DNA from: Psammoneis japonica
Taxonomy: Eukaryota
NCBI GenBank assembly: GCA_008632985.1
Contig: QPGO01000164.1
Location: 62,001 to 126,000 of the forward strand
Direction of reading: 5' to 3'
Length of the DNA stretch: 64,000 nucleotides
The first letter of the stretch is position 1, and each line of letters starts with the position of its first letter. Position numbers and translations under genes: made by a program. The notes below the pieces were generated by a model. That model searched no databases. It was given only the letters and a program-made list of their open reading frames with translations, and was not told where the DNA came from. Shown here piece after piece: positions 13,118-25,748 of the stretch.

Positions 13118-16100
13118 TGTTGATCTAGGGCCGAACCCTCAGGGTACAACAGAACACTTAACAGTGCACCAACATGTCACAAACACTCCTGAGCAAGGGC
13201 CTTCGAGAGATGTGATTGGTGTGGAGTTGATCACTTGCGCCAACAGTTGCCCTGTCAATGTTGAATGTAGTCACTGCCATGCTCAGATCAACGACTCGTC
13301 CAGAGCAGCACCACTGCGACAAGTTCAACAGCAGTGACAGTGGCGCCACGCACCCGAGATGCTTGGTGCATCATCATTTGGTGTGCAAGTTCTCAAAAGA
13401 GTTCCACAATGCCACCAGAGAGGTGCTGGGAATCTCCCATTTCAGCTGAGCTGTGCTTGGTGGTGCTCCTGCACCTGACCCCATTCCAGCAGTGGTGATG
13501 GTGCTTGTGCCAAGTTTGCTGTGATGGTGGACAGCAAATGATGGGACACAAGGGAATTTCCAATGAGATGACAGCTCCCCACCTTCGTGTCAAAGTGACA
13601 AGCCTCTTGCAGGATCTAAGTCCTGCTCCCCCTTTTTTCACAAATCCAGTCAAAGGAGAGGAAGAAGAAATGGCTGGCAGCTTGCTGTCATCCAAGTTGT
13701 GTCATTTGGGTTGTGAATCTTCACCTTCTTGGAGCACTTGTGAGATGCAAGAACTCTCCACTCTCAAAACACATGTTCAGAGCAGCAGGGATGAGGTCAC
13801 TTGCTTCTGCTGCAGAGTTGCAGAAAATGATGACTGGCTTCCTTGGTTCATTGGGTTCACTTGTGCTGGTTTGAGCTTCTTGGAGCTTGTTGTGTGCAGT
13901 GGCCTTGACATTCAAGCCTGTCTCTTAATGTCATCTCAGCCACTGGGTGTCATCTGTGCTGGCAAATTCTTTGGGCTGGCTGGCAGTCATTTGACTTTGA
14001 CAGAGCAATTGAAGTGCACCAAAGTGACACAACTGGCATGTTGAGATGCACAAAAAAGGGGTGGAGCAAACAGAGAGCAGCTCTGCAAGTCATTTGATTT
14101 CCACACAAAGGAAAGAAGCAAATGACTGAAAATGTGGCACTGGCTGTGTTCACACGGCACAGTTGTTGTCACCTCTTGGCTTGCTCCAAGGTTTCAGTTG
14201 CTTGTGTGTTGTCCAGGCTTTGGAGTGTGCATCCACTGCATGGTGCACCAACTGAGATCTCTGGTGGGCCAGTCCCAGATCAAAATCTCCATTTTTTGCA
14301 GGTGAGCACAGTTGAGACAAGAAACTTTGTCATTTCACACATTTTGAGCATGCCAGCTGACTTGAGCAAACTCAACTTTTAAATTGTGAAAGACCTTGAC
14401 TCTCCAACAAAAACTCAAGAGATTTGGCATCCATGGCAAGAGACGAGAGGCGTGTGGAGGAGCGTGGAGCGGGAGGCGGGCTGACGTCAGTTTGCCTTGC
14501 ACAGACAAGAGGGAACCATGACAGATGGTGCCAACCGAGGGTTGGCAATTTTTCCTTGAAGATTTTAACAGTGTCGCAGGTTGCACGCAAAATGTGCTGA
14601 TTCGAGTGAGTCAAAAAAAGTTGTTTCAACGGAATGTTGTCAGTGGAAGAGGTCATTCCCACTTAGATTTTAGTCATCTTTCATCACTGCACCGTGCGCA
14701 GTGACAGATGTCTCGCAATGCCACCACCGTCACGTGTTTTCTGATGCCGCACTTGAGCGTTTCTAACACAAACTTCTGTGCTCTGTCAGCTGCAACGGCA
14801 TCAAATCCATTGCAACAACTTGCACGTTTTTCGACCTCATCTCCCAAAGATTGCATGGTGCGTGGCACTGATTCTATGTGTGCAAGACTTGGTGCATGTG
14901 AATGCTGATGACAATTGCCCCACGTGTCAGCTGTGGCTTTTCGCCACCACCAACCTTCTCCAAGACTCCAGATGGCCCATTCGTCGTCCCCGTTTGGTCG
15001 TGGACAAGACTGGGTGGTGACCCAGATGTTCAACACTTGTGTGTCAATTTCTGCCAGTCTTCGAAAGCATGCCACCAACGACCCCCGAACCCACGCCTTC
15101 GGCTCCTACAACCAGCCCTCGCCGTGGACATCAATGGGTGCAGAAGGTGTCCACTGCCCTGTCCCCTGCCATGGACAAAACACTGTCAAAATCCACACCC
15201 CAGACAGCCTCTGCTGCCACCCAGCAGGGAGCCACACCATTCTGCCGCAGACGTGCGTGGGCACAGAGACTCTCCAGCCGAGTTTTTACCCCTGCCCATG
15301 CTGCCACTCTGCCGGCACCCACTTCACCAGCTGTTTCTTGCTCCCCATGTGAGAACAAAGAGACTGACCCACTGGCTGTTCTCAGGAAAGCTCTTTGCAA
15401 GATTGACCAACTGGTGGAATCCAACAAAGCTGGTGTTGCTGTTGACCGAGTGGCCATCGATGGCATCATGCAAAAGGCGCTTGACAACGTTGACTTTCCG
15501 TCCCTCGATGCTTCACAAGCTCTGGAACATTTCCAGCTCAAGTTGAGGTGCCATCGTCACATGTTGTCTTTGCACTGGAGCATTTGGCCAGAATTCTTTG
15601 ACGGTGCAAGGAAGTCCTCAATCCAGGACTCCGTTGTTGAACCTTGCTCATGCTCTGCCGATGCCACATGCCACCCATTGTGGGGGGGTGCTGCTCCACC
15701 GCGAGATTCGTTCAAGCTGGATAAGATCCTCTACAATGATGTTTCAATGGATTGGAATCATCCCGATGAGATCCTCTACGATGATGTTTCAATGGATTGG
15801 AATCATCCCGACCGGCCTCCCAATTGCCAATTGGGTTGGGCCCGTTCTGGCCGCCCCCTGATCGCCGCTCCTGTCGCCATCCTGGCAGGCCTCCTGGTTT
15901 GATACGATGCCACCACCCCGGACGCCCGCCTGGCATCTCAATGATTTGCTCTTTGATCCATCATTGTGAAAGAGTTTTGAAGTTTCAGAGGTTTGCCATG
16001 CTGTGTCATGACGGCTCTTTCCTCTGTGCTGTCTGTTTTCTTTTGACAGCCGCGACTCTTGCCACTGCCTTTTTGCACTAGAACATCTTCAATCCTGTTT

Positions 16101-16300
16101 TACCAGGCTTTTGATGCTCCTAGTGTGTGTGTGGGGGGTGTTAGTGGAAGAGGTCATTCCTACTTAGATTGGGATCTCTATCAAATGTTGCCAACCGTCA
16201 ACCAGAGGTTGGCAAAAACGTCTGTTTGCCACACCGGAACGCGTCAGCGGTTGGCAGAATTCCGGACTTTCTAATCCGCGATTGGTCAGTCGTGGATACG
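13118..16300. mobile_element. Hypermutated repeat block with internal direct repeats
   Basis: TpA/CpG depleted. 32-bp direct repeat at 14638-14669 and 16139-16170; 45-bp tandem duplication at about 15722-15812; TGCCAACC..GGTTGGCA hairpins at about 14529 and 16189. Confidence 0.5.
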
Positions 16301-16384
16301 CACGAAACGAAGAAATGCTGGATGTGCGTGCTGAGAGGATAGGGCCATCCTGTTGGCACTGTTGGACGAGCACAAGTGCCAACC

Positions 16385-17161
16385 ATGTCATACTACAACT
16401 CAAGACAACAGGCACCAGGTCCAGTTTTCACCTATCATGAGCGGCGAGCAAATGAGGCATCCAATTCTCTACAGAGCATTGATCGGATGGGAGAAGCTCT
16501 TGTGAATGCCGTTTTAACAGGTGCTAAACGTGCGTCAGAGGTCGCGGAACAAGCCAGGCGTCTCGACGAGAGCCGAGCCAAGGTCGAGTTTAAACAATAC
16601 AAGGCTGAAGAGATTAACCGTCGTTCGGCTTGGATGGTTTGTTTCATTTTCATCATTCCTATCATTTACTACTGCGAAGCATATTCTATGGAGTACCCAG
16701 GTTACGCAAGATGGAGGAGAGAACATAAAGTGAGTAGAGATTATTGGTTCGCCATCATCATGGAAGCCGCCGAGGAAGAGAGGAGGAACACCACAGCAAT
16801 CAGTACACCAAGAACAAGAACAACGATAACACGAGTTCCACCACCTCAGAATACTTTATCTGTGCCGCGTTCAATGAGCATGTCAAGAGAAGGTGGCGAT
16901 GACTACGTTTCTGAAGATTTTCACAGCTCGTCGTCTCCACCAGTAGAGCAGTATAGTCCTTCAGAAGTGAACGGGGAACATAAGGGAAAGGTCGATAGTC
17001 CAATCGTGTCTTCGTGTCGAGGAGGATTCCAAGAAGATGATGAAGGGGTTGATCAACCAGAAGCATTTCTTCGGAAGTTTCCAGTACACGTCAAGCAGAT
17101 AAGGTTACCAAGACAAAAGAGTTTAATGCTGATGGGACAGTCACCATCACAGAGGAAGTAA
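16385..17161 (+). CDS. Hypothetical protein with one predicted transmembrane segment
   Basis: ORF of about 258 codons from ATG 16385 in normal-composition DNA, hydrophobic stretch WMVCFIFIIPIIYY. No family recognised. Confidence 0.4.
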   Translation: MSYYNSRQQAPGPVFTYHERRANEASNSLQSIDRMGEALVNAVLTGAKRASEVAEQARRLDESRAKVEFKQYKAEEINRRSAWMVCFIFIIPIIYYCEAYSMEYPGYARWRREHKVSRDYWFAIIMEAAEEERRNTTAISTPRTRTTITRVPPPQNTLSVPRSMSMSREGGDDYVSEDFHSSSSPPVEQYSPSEVNGEHKGKVDSPIVSSCRGGFQEDDEGVDQPEAFLRKFPVHVKQIRLPRQKSLMLMGQSPSQRK

Positions 17162-18269
17162 TAGACACAGACGGTGTCACAAAGGTGCAGAAAACGATCT
17201 ACCCAAGTGCGGAATTCGCCGCTGCCTACGATTTCGCTGCCTAAAACCAACATGATGCGAAACGAGTCTTTCTGTAACATACCGTGTTGTTGAGTGCGCT
17301 CACAAAATGTTTCATTCATCCATTGTTTAATCCGAACCCCAATCTACATACCTGGTATGCAACCCACAACTTCGTAATCCGTATAAAATGTGTCCATAAG
17401 AACTAACTATACTAACTAGCTAGCATCAATCTTTAGCTCTTTATGCGAGAGATGCCGATTGAAATAATCTTTAGAGTCTTGGAATCGGTGCGCAAGGACA
17501 CGAGGCGCCTCCGCCATCAGCTAGCTAGACAACGACGACCTTAGAAGTGATCGCCTCTTGTGTACTCGATCAGTGTCGATGACAGGAGACCAGCCTCAGT
17601 TGCTGACGCCGATCTCACGGACACTCGCTACTTCAGAGTATGAGTTACAGGGGTCGCGGCTCCCCATGAGTCTAAAAACTTCAAAAAATCTTCCTTCCGC
17701 CCTCCAACAAACACATCAGCGCTGGGAAGAAACTGATCCTGAACCCATTGTCGTGCCCTTATTCCTTGAGTAACAAGAAGCGTTCGAATGCCATTAAAAC
17801 TTTCGTCGCAAAAATACCTATTTTTCTGGATGATAGGCATTCCCCACAAAAGGCAAAAATGATTTGTGTTTTCTCGCCCAAGGGCAGGAAGCGGCTTGTT
17901 GAGATGCAAAAAGTTCTGCATGCTGCTTCGAAAGTCAGCTGCCCTACCAACATTTGAGTCCTCAAGTTGCTCGACGGCGTAGAGAAATATCTTGAAAGGA
18001 GTTTGCGGTGCTTCTGTTGCAAAGGTGTCAATTCAGTCTTTCCGAGCTGCATCACGAACACTTCAAACCGGGCTACGTCAGTAGAAACCCCTCTCCAACG
18101 ATTTGAGCAAACATGTTGCGCACTGTATGATGTGGTGGCGCGGCGCCAACAACGGTTTGGTTGAAAATCCTGGACTAAAACTGAAGGGATGAGAAAATGG
18201 ATAACAGTGACACGCGCAATTTCGTAGGCAGTGTGCGCGAATTTTGAACTGATTCTGGCGCCATGTTCA

Positions 18270-19700
18270 GTATGATGATGGGTTTTTGTTGTCTTCCATG
18301 CGTGGTGTCAGTAATCTTTGTGGACTGTCGGTTGGTCAATGGTCTGGATGGGTGGGGGTCGATTGTGTCGGGTTCGTTCAGTGTCTGCAGAGGGACAGAC
18401 CTGTGCCATCTTCCCACTGGGGTCACCTGGAGCTGATCTGAGAGGCAGGAACGCGGGATCCCCTGAGGCAACGGTGGGTTGCCCTGACTGTGGTGACTCT
18501 CATCCTCGCATTCACGTAGCCGCACACTTCAGAATGTGGCTTTTGCCACTTTTCTGAAAGTTTTGACGCCATCTTGCGGAGCATCGCCTTGGCTTCTTTG
18601 CCGAGAAGCCCGCGTCGCATGACACAACGAATGGTGTGAAGTGACGGTGTTGTTCCAGACATGGCTGAAGGCACTTGCGCTTCTTTTCACGTTCATGGCT
18701 TGCTGGGACTTCTTCTGGTGTTTTGGATGGGTGTGACTTCGCATCCGTGTCGGGGGAGCGAATGTCCATCACCATGTCTGTCCTTCCATCCCAAAATCTC
18801 ATGCCGAGAAGGTCTCCACGATCGCCACCCTTGGACTTGTTGGAGGTGGTGTTTCCTGGGGAACTGTTGGGGGTGCTTGAGCTTCCTGCGCTGTGACCAG
18901 CGGGGTTGATCAGAGGTTTGTCGCATGCGCAGGAAGGCTTGCAAGCCTTGCCCATTGGGCCACCGGGTTGTCACGCACTTCATCATGTCATGAGATGACC
19001 AGGCCACCCTTCTTGCACTGAAGAGCGTGATTCACAGAGAACTTGCATCCACATCCATCACAGCACTCCGGGAGGTTGGGTGGAGTGCTGCCACACCGCA
19101 GACAGAGTGTGCAGCGGAACTTTTGGCATGAGAGTTCCATGCCGCTCAGTGATGAAGGGCATGCTGACAGCCATGCAAGGTTGGGTGGGGTCATGAGGAT
19201 CGTTTTTAGGGTCTCCCCACATGCTTTGACTTTTCTGTTGGCTGCTTCCTGCTTCACTTCGCGTGTGGTGTCTTTGTGGACTGCAGAGGAGAACTGGGAG
19301 TGGCCGTGGAGTGAGTCGATCATGTGGGAGCATGTGAGAGCACTCACTTTACAGTTGTGGGCTGCGGACTCAGTTGGACGAGGGATGGACAGTCCCAAAA
19401 AATTGATTGGGAGGGCGGATGGGGCCATTCTCGGATCATTGTCGGCTGAGGTCTCGCCTGTCAGCACTTGCAGAAAGTTGCACTGCATTGTGCATTCTAC
19501 ATTGGTGAACGATTTGCCACAGTCCTTTGCTGCCCATTGGACATGTTGCCGTGTGGGGACTCCTGCAGACCTGCGCAGGCGTTCTGAGGGTGGTGAGTCG
19601 CGATCTTGGCGAGTCCTTGGATGACCGAGGTTCACGACTCGGCTTTTTCCACCAGCCAACGGTCATGTGCATCCGTCTCACCGACGAAGCCTCCGAGGTA
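18270..19700 (-). mobile_element. 3' fragment of a CRE-like (restriction-like endonuclease) non-LTR retrotransposon, degenerate
   Basis: CDGCGCKFSVNHALQCKKGGLVIS zinc finger, RGDLL..FW....VMDIR..DTDAKS, HEREKKRKCLQPCLEQHRHFTPFVVS, LSEKWQKPHSEVCGYVNARM, terminal QWEDG.GL; frameshifted. Confidence 0.85.
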
Positions 19701-20018
19701 ACGGCTGCCAGACTTGACAGTAAAGCCTAAAATTTGTGATGTTCGTGTTGCTCACGGCCAGGAAATCTGGTTTGGATAAAGATTCCGGATTCTGGATCTT
19801 TCCAGATTCCACAAGCAAGAGGATCGAGCGAGCGAGCGAGCGAGCTACTGTAGCTGTTGGCACGATCGACGTCACAGTACCAGAATCGCGTAGAAAGATA
19901 CGTGAGGCTTCGTCGTCGACCCCGGGACGATGCGAACTCTCGTGTCGAAAGCACGACAACAACGACAACAACAACAACAGCAACATCAAAACGACAACAA
20001 CTACTAAACAAATCAATC

Positions 20019-22345
20019 ATGACAAAAGGCCCGGCATTGGTGTTTGGTGCTTCTGGTGTTCAGGGTCACGCGGTTGTGGAGGGCCTCTTGGATGCCAAAT
20101 ACAGTCCGGTCTATGGCGCAACTCGACACGCCACGGACAAGTATCTGACGGACGTGCTGGGAGCGCAATTGCTCCAAGTCAACCTGTCGTCTCGAGACGA
20201 AATCAAAAAGGCTCTTGCGGAAACACGAGCGACGAGTGTGTTTCTAGTAACAACGACTGACGTTCCTGTGGGTATCGGCATGACGGATGGATTTTATACG
20301 GCGCAACAAGAAGAATACAGCGTAACGTGTGGGTTCTTTCAAGCACTTGTGGAAGTGTACAACGACGACAAGCTGGAACGACACGTGGTGCTATCGACGC
20401 TGGATAATGTCGAGCGTATTTGTCAAGACGCTCTGAAAGAAACCGGCGAGACGCTGATTGAACCGCTGGATGATGGAAGTATCGCCGCACATTATTCAGG
20501 CAAAGGCAAGGCTGGAGAAGAAGCAATCAAGCTCTTGGAGCCCATTGAGGGACTCAAGTTGACTCTGTTGAGCTTGCCCTTTTTGCACGGAAACTTTCTG
20601 GGTTTCTTTACTCCCTTACCCAATGATGGTGCCACTCAGTGGACTGTAAGTGTAATTGTTGATTGAAGAAAAAGAAGCTTCTTCGTGTACTCACCACTGC
20701 GTTCTGCTTCTTTCCGTTGTAGATCTCGGCTTGCTTTGGTGAAGACAGCAAGGTCGACATGCTTTCTGAATCGGATCTCAAGTACATTGTTCGTAAGTTT
20801 CCTATTCGCGCCTCTCTATAGTCCTATTTCTGTGCACAACAGTTTTCTTATCACTCACCTTGAATGTTCTCTTTTTAGCTGCTGTTTTGGAAAAACCGGA
20901 CGAGTACAATGGCAAGAATCTTCGCGTTTCAGCTGAAAAAATGTCCATGGAGGAGGTTGCCTTTGAGTTTGCCGATTTGTTTGGCCGTGACGTGATTTAC
21001 AACCCGCTCGATGCCAAGGAAATGGCAGCACTGCCCATTCCGGCGGCGGGTTGCATGCACAAATGTGTCAATTTCTGTTGGCCAACCTCATGGAACACGA
21101 CGTCCAAACGACACGTTCCGTCATGTTTCCTCGAGAACCACAGAAATTTCGAGATTGGCTTTGGTCCATTCGGACAGTGACGCCTTTGAACGAGTAGGAT
21201 TGAGTGTCGATGGAGCGGAAATCATGTCGGTGACTGTGTTTGGTGCCACGGGAATGCAGGGGACCAGTGTCATTAAGGGACTCTTGGCGGATGAACGGAA
21301 ACGATACACGATTCGTGCCACGACCCGAAATGTCGATTCGGAAAAGGCCAAGGCTGTCGTGGCGTTGGATCCCGAGCGAATCACGCTGGTGCAGGCGGAT
21401 TTTGATGACGTGGCGTCCTGCAAAGCGGCGGTTGATGGGATTGATGGAGCCTTTTTGGTGACGGACTTTTTTGGTGGAGCCAATATGGACGCGGAAGCGG
21501 AAGAACGGCATGCGAAAAATGTGATTGATGCTTGTGAGGCGTCTCATTCGGTCAAGCATTTAGTGTTTAGTACTATGGAAAGTGTGGAGGAAATGAACAA
21601 GGTGCTGAAGTTGGGTTTGGAGGACATTGAAGACGCCAAGGGCAATTTGGGCACGCTCCCTCAGTTTGATGCCAAAGCCAGAGCTGCGGCGTATGCGAGA
21701 ACCAAACGGCTCAGCGTCACGTACATTCTCATGCCGTGCTATTCGGAAATGTTTTTTGACTTGATTCAACCCAAGAAACAAGTGGATGAGCACGGTACGG
21801 AGCGATTGGTGGTGGAGGTTCCACTCAAGGACGACACCAAAGTCATGTGTATGAGCGTCGATGACCTTGGACCGGCTGTGGCCAATATATTTGATTCTTA
21901 TCAGGTGAGTGTTGGCATGGTTATCCCCGGATCTTTACGAAAGCTTGTTATTTGTGACTAACGCTTTTTACTTCGAAATGCGTTCCAGTGCTGGGCTGGC
22001 CACGAAATTGGTTTGGTGACTGACTTTGTGACAGTCAAGGAAGCCACGGATGCCATTATGGAGGCGTTTACTGGGGAGGGTAGTGACGAGGATGAACAAC
22101 ACAAGGCCAAGCAACAAAAGGTAGACACAAAACCAGTGGAAATGGGCCAATACCTGGAAGCAAGAGATACGTACATGAAAGACATGGGTCAAATCTTTCG
22201 TTACATGTCTCACACGGATGCTGTTAAGAAACGACGGGATGTGGCGAAAACCATGAAGCTTGTTCCCAACGCCAAGCCATTGCGTTTGTGGGTGGAAGAA
22301 AACAAAGACAATGTTGCATTTCGAGAAAAGTTGGGTTTGCGCTAG
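20019..22345 (+). CDS. NmrA/HSCARG-like NAD(P)-binding protein with two tandem Rossmann domains, about 4 exons
   Basis: LVFGASGVQG and VTVFGATGMQG motifs, GAFLVTDF, KHLVFST, FDAKA. Introns at about 20646-20721, 20793-20878 and 21905-21988. Small frameshifts near 21050-21160. Confidence 0.85.
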
Positions 22346-22748
22346 AATACCGGTAGTTGGGAGTCTGCACATGCGAACCGAGCCACTCTATGAATAATAC
22401 ATCCTGTTGTACTTACCAATTAGCAGATGAGGGTTGATAATGGATAAATATTAGTAGTTCGATAGATAGAGCATGGTCACAGTGGAGGTACTAGTATCGT
22501 CCTGTTGCCGCGACGCTTGTGAGTGTGCAAGCTGATGGAACTATTTGTAAAGTAGGACTTGTGAGTTGATAATGAGAACGTACGAAGTTAGCTAGAGATT
22601 TCCATGTGGTTTGTTCATAGAGAGTATAAAGCACTACCGCATCACAATGTGATAGTAACCTCCTCAACTTGCGCGATCCGGGCGCCGCAAACTTCTAAAA
22701 AGAACGAACAACAGAACTTCTGAAACATGGGAAAGAAATTCGCCCACT

Positions 22749-23150
22749 CTATGATTCTGAAGCGTTGACTTCGGTACATAATTCAACGAGAATCCCGTCC
22801 GGGCAACGAACATATGACACGGTTTGCCCCCACGGTTTTTGCTTTGGTTCTGCCATTTCGGTTGCTCCCGCCTCGATTGCAGCCGCATGAGCCACCACTA
22901 CATCGTCTGTGACAAACGCAACCTCAAACCCAAGCGGAGATTTCGACGCGCTGGCTCGAACGTGACCACCCGCAAAATTCGCATCACCAAGTTCATGACT
23001 GGCAAAGGCAAGCGTCGTGTCGCCCGTGTCCAACTCTCCATAATCGCCAGATTCATGAAGAAACTTTCGACGAAAACCAAACGCCTTTTCAAAAAAACTC
23101 AGCGAGGCTTCCACATTGGGAACGTAGACAATTGTAAAGCCAAACTTCAT
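22749..23150 (-). CDS. VOC/glyoxalase/bleomycin-resistance family protein, bacterial-like, intronless
   Basis: MKFGFTIVYVPNVEASLSFFEKAFG..GDYGELDTG.TTLAFA..FEVAFVTDDV..KPWGQTVSYVRCPDGILVEL. Confidence 0.9.
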   Translation of the reverse strand: MKFGFTIVYVPNVEASLSFFEKAFGFRRKFLHESGDYGELDTGDTTLAFASHELGDANFAGGHVRASASKSPLGFEVAFVTDDVVVAHAAAIEAGATEMAEPKQKPWGQTVSYVRCPDGILVELCTEVNASES

Positions 23151-23969
23151 TCTTGTTGTCTCTTGTCACAACGCAACTGCAGGACGCAATGATGTTTTTT
23201 CAAGTGTCGGAGGGATTTCACGAAAAGGAAAATCAAAAGGATCCGTGACGTCATATTATCGATCCCGTCTAACCGTCGCCACCAAAAAAATTTCACCGCG
23301 CGAAAAAGATCTTTTTTTTTTGTGGAACGAATCAAGCAATCATGCTTTCAGATCTTTCGGTGTGTTTTCTTATCAACCAGGCAACGCCCAGAGACGTCCA
23401 GGTGCGTTTTGTAAACGTCTTTGTATGATTAACAAAGCTTCAATGCAAAAAGAGCTAGTAATGCAAGTTCCAAGAGAGAGAATTGTCAAAATAATGTGCA
23501 AATTGTTGTTTGTTTCCCGTGAAATCGACGAAAGTCGTTTGAAACACAGTACGCACCCTCCCTACCGTACAGTAGATAGGGCCCTACTTGACAAATAATA
23601 TCATGCAAGGCACTGTAGATACTACGGTAAGCTACCGGTACTCTCTACCGGTACAGTAGACTCTCTACTCTAGACGCTATCATAGAGCCTATTGCATCTC
23701 TCTAAGCTACCAGAGGGACTACTAATGCAGGTACATCCCTCTCTCTAGTGGAGAGAGAGTAGAGTAGAGACAAACTTATCATGCTGTCCAAATTGACCAA
23801 ATCCAACAAAGAGGTCAATGACTGCCGACTACCAACAACTTGTCAAAGGGATGAAGGTGCCAAGTCTCACAGGGTGTTCTTCGTCGGATGATCCCTGTGA
23901 CACCAGCATGAGTGCCTCTCTTGTGCGGTGTTGCAGCTAGGTGCATGTATAGATGCTAGGCAGAAAGCA

Positions 23970-24568
23970 GATGCCTCGAGTCGATGGTAGATTGTCCAAC
24001 TCATTCGTCAAGCTACTTCGAAGTGCATAAAAGGAAATTATGGATGGGCCTTCTCAAAAGTGTGTACTTGAGAAAGTGCTCGGTAAGCCTTCTTCTACCT
24101 TGGATTTGCCGGATGGTGCTTCGGCGTGTTGCACCAATTTCAACAGCAACTGAATTTCATCTTGCCTCTCTAACGGAATGATGTCGTGTAAGTCATACAA
24201 AATATTTTAAAATGCGGCCAAAATGCCAGTCACTGGAACGAGATATTAAATGAGCTCGAATCCGCATTTTTCATCAAGGTCTGTCTGGTCCAGTCTCATT
24301 GCATAGAGATCGCTAAGGTATATTCCACTCAGTTCATTCGACAAAACCCTGAGTCGATTCAAGTGCTCTTTGCACCCGTGGTTGGTGTTAAAGTCTTCCT
24401 TGCAGTAACAGCAATCACAGCAGCATACAAACGGCACTGTCATGAGTCGCTGTATTGTTTGTTTCCAGTGTTTCTTCCAGTCTTGTGCCAGCCGCCAAAA
24501 GTTGTCGGAAGATCCTTTGGTATGTTTGATTTTGTATTTTCCGTTCCGATACAAGTGAAGGTCCATAC
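23970..24568 (-). pseudogene. 5'-truncated duplicate of the 3' end and 3' flank of the class-3 lipase gene (36482-37079)
   Basis: ORF 24246-24566 is nearly identical to the last 107 aa of the lipase. Homology extends into the downstream flank and stops abruptly at about 24568. Confidence 0.85.
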
Positions 24569-24812
24569 ATCATTCCGATATCTACGTCCAGAGGACATTT
24601 AGCATTGAAGATTCTATCGAGAAAAGAAGACTGTGTTGCATATCTCTTGTCACTAAACACAAGACCCTTATGTATGTTTTGGTTTCGTTTTACACCGCTT
24701 GGGTGGACCGGGAAGTCTTGTTTCTTGTTTCAGTCTTTTTATCCCTGGGCCATCATGGATACAACAACATATTAGCACTTGCTTCGCTCTTGTGGACTAA
24801 ATCTGAGCCTTT

Positions 24813-25730
24813 CTAGTTGTTTGGCCAGGAAGCCCAATTGCTGCCGAAACCAGCAATGTCAGTGCCCTTGAGGTCACGCTGCGGGTCGAGGTAGACAGCA
24901 TTCATGACTGCTTCAGGAGCCTTCTTGAGATTGCCCTTTTTTTCCAGGAAGACCTTGCCAAAGTGAGCTTGACTCAAACCATGTCCAATCTCATGGAGAG
25001 CCACGGTCTCTAAATCGATGTTGCTCATGCCGTCGTCCTTCCAGCTAAAAGATGGATCATAATAGATCTCGCGAAAAGCTGCATCCAAGCGACCGTTGTT
25101 ATCGACGTCAGTAAACTCACCGCTCCCATCAATGAAACCAAATGTGTATGTAACACCAAGGATGCCGCCCCAAAAGTCGAGGTCGCGAAATCCAGCATGC
25201 TGGATATCAGCAAAAACATACGAACTGCCCACAGCACCACTCGACAAAATGAAAGCAACGACACCAATGTCGAGTCCATAGTCTGGGTTGCGAGTAAGGG
25301 GCAGCGTGGGGCAATTTACATTATCCCATGTGTTGGTGGCTCGGACAATGGCAGCATCAGTCATTGGTTGGGCAAGGCCACCATAAAGTGGCACTGCATC
25401 TAAAGTTGTGTCAATCGCGTAGGTGATGTCAGGAGACGACGTATCACCCGTACCCCAGGGAGCACGCCGAGAATCAAACGGGACGAAATCAAAGCCAAGT
25501 CATTTGTTTCCGACATCCTTGGCAATGACTGTTTGACCTTGAGCTTCAGGATCATCAGCAATGCATTCAACCATCGCGGCTCGGTGGCTTTCCCCAGAGG
25601 CCTCGAGAGCAATGTTTGTTGCATCAAGCACTTCACTCAACTGATCCTGCGGCTTCTTGGGGAGCTCACCAAGCCTGCGGGCTGCACATGTCTGCAAGAA
25701 TGCAAGAAAGGACATGAAGAAGAGCTTCAT
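24813..25730 (-). pseudogene. Secreted matrixin/M10-type zinc metalloprotease with one in-frame TGA at 25500-25502
   Basis: Signal peptide MKLFFMSFLAFLQ; zinc motif VALHEIGHGLSQAH and Met-turn AVMN. ORFs 25500-25730 and 24813-25394 are in the same frame (GNK*LGFDFVPFDSRR...DAVPLYGG). Confidence 0.8.
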
Positions 25731-25748
25731 TTTGTCTTTTGGTGTGTT

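Noticed and set aside
17520..18170. Possible gene fragment next to the CRE-like element
   Set aside because: Short broken ORFs with no recognisable motif.
25500..25502. In-frame TGA as selenocysteine (PSTK is in the same window)
   Set aside because: Not a Cys or redox position and no SECIS recognised. CGA->TGA fits the local mutation signature.
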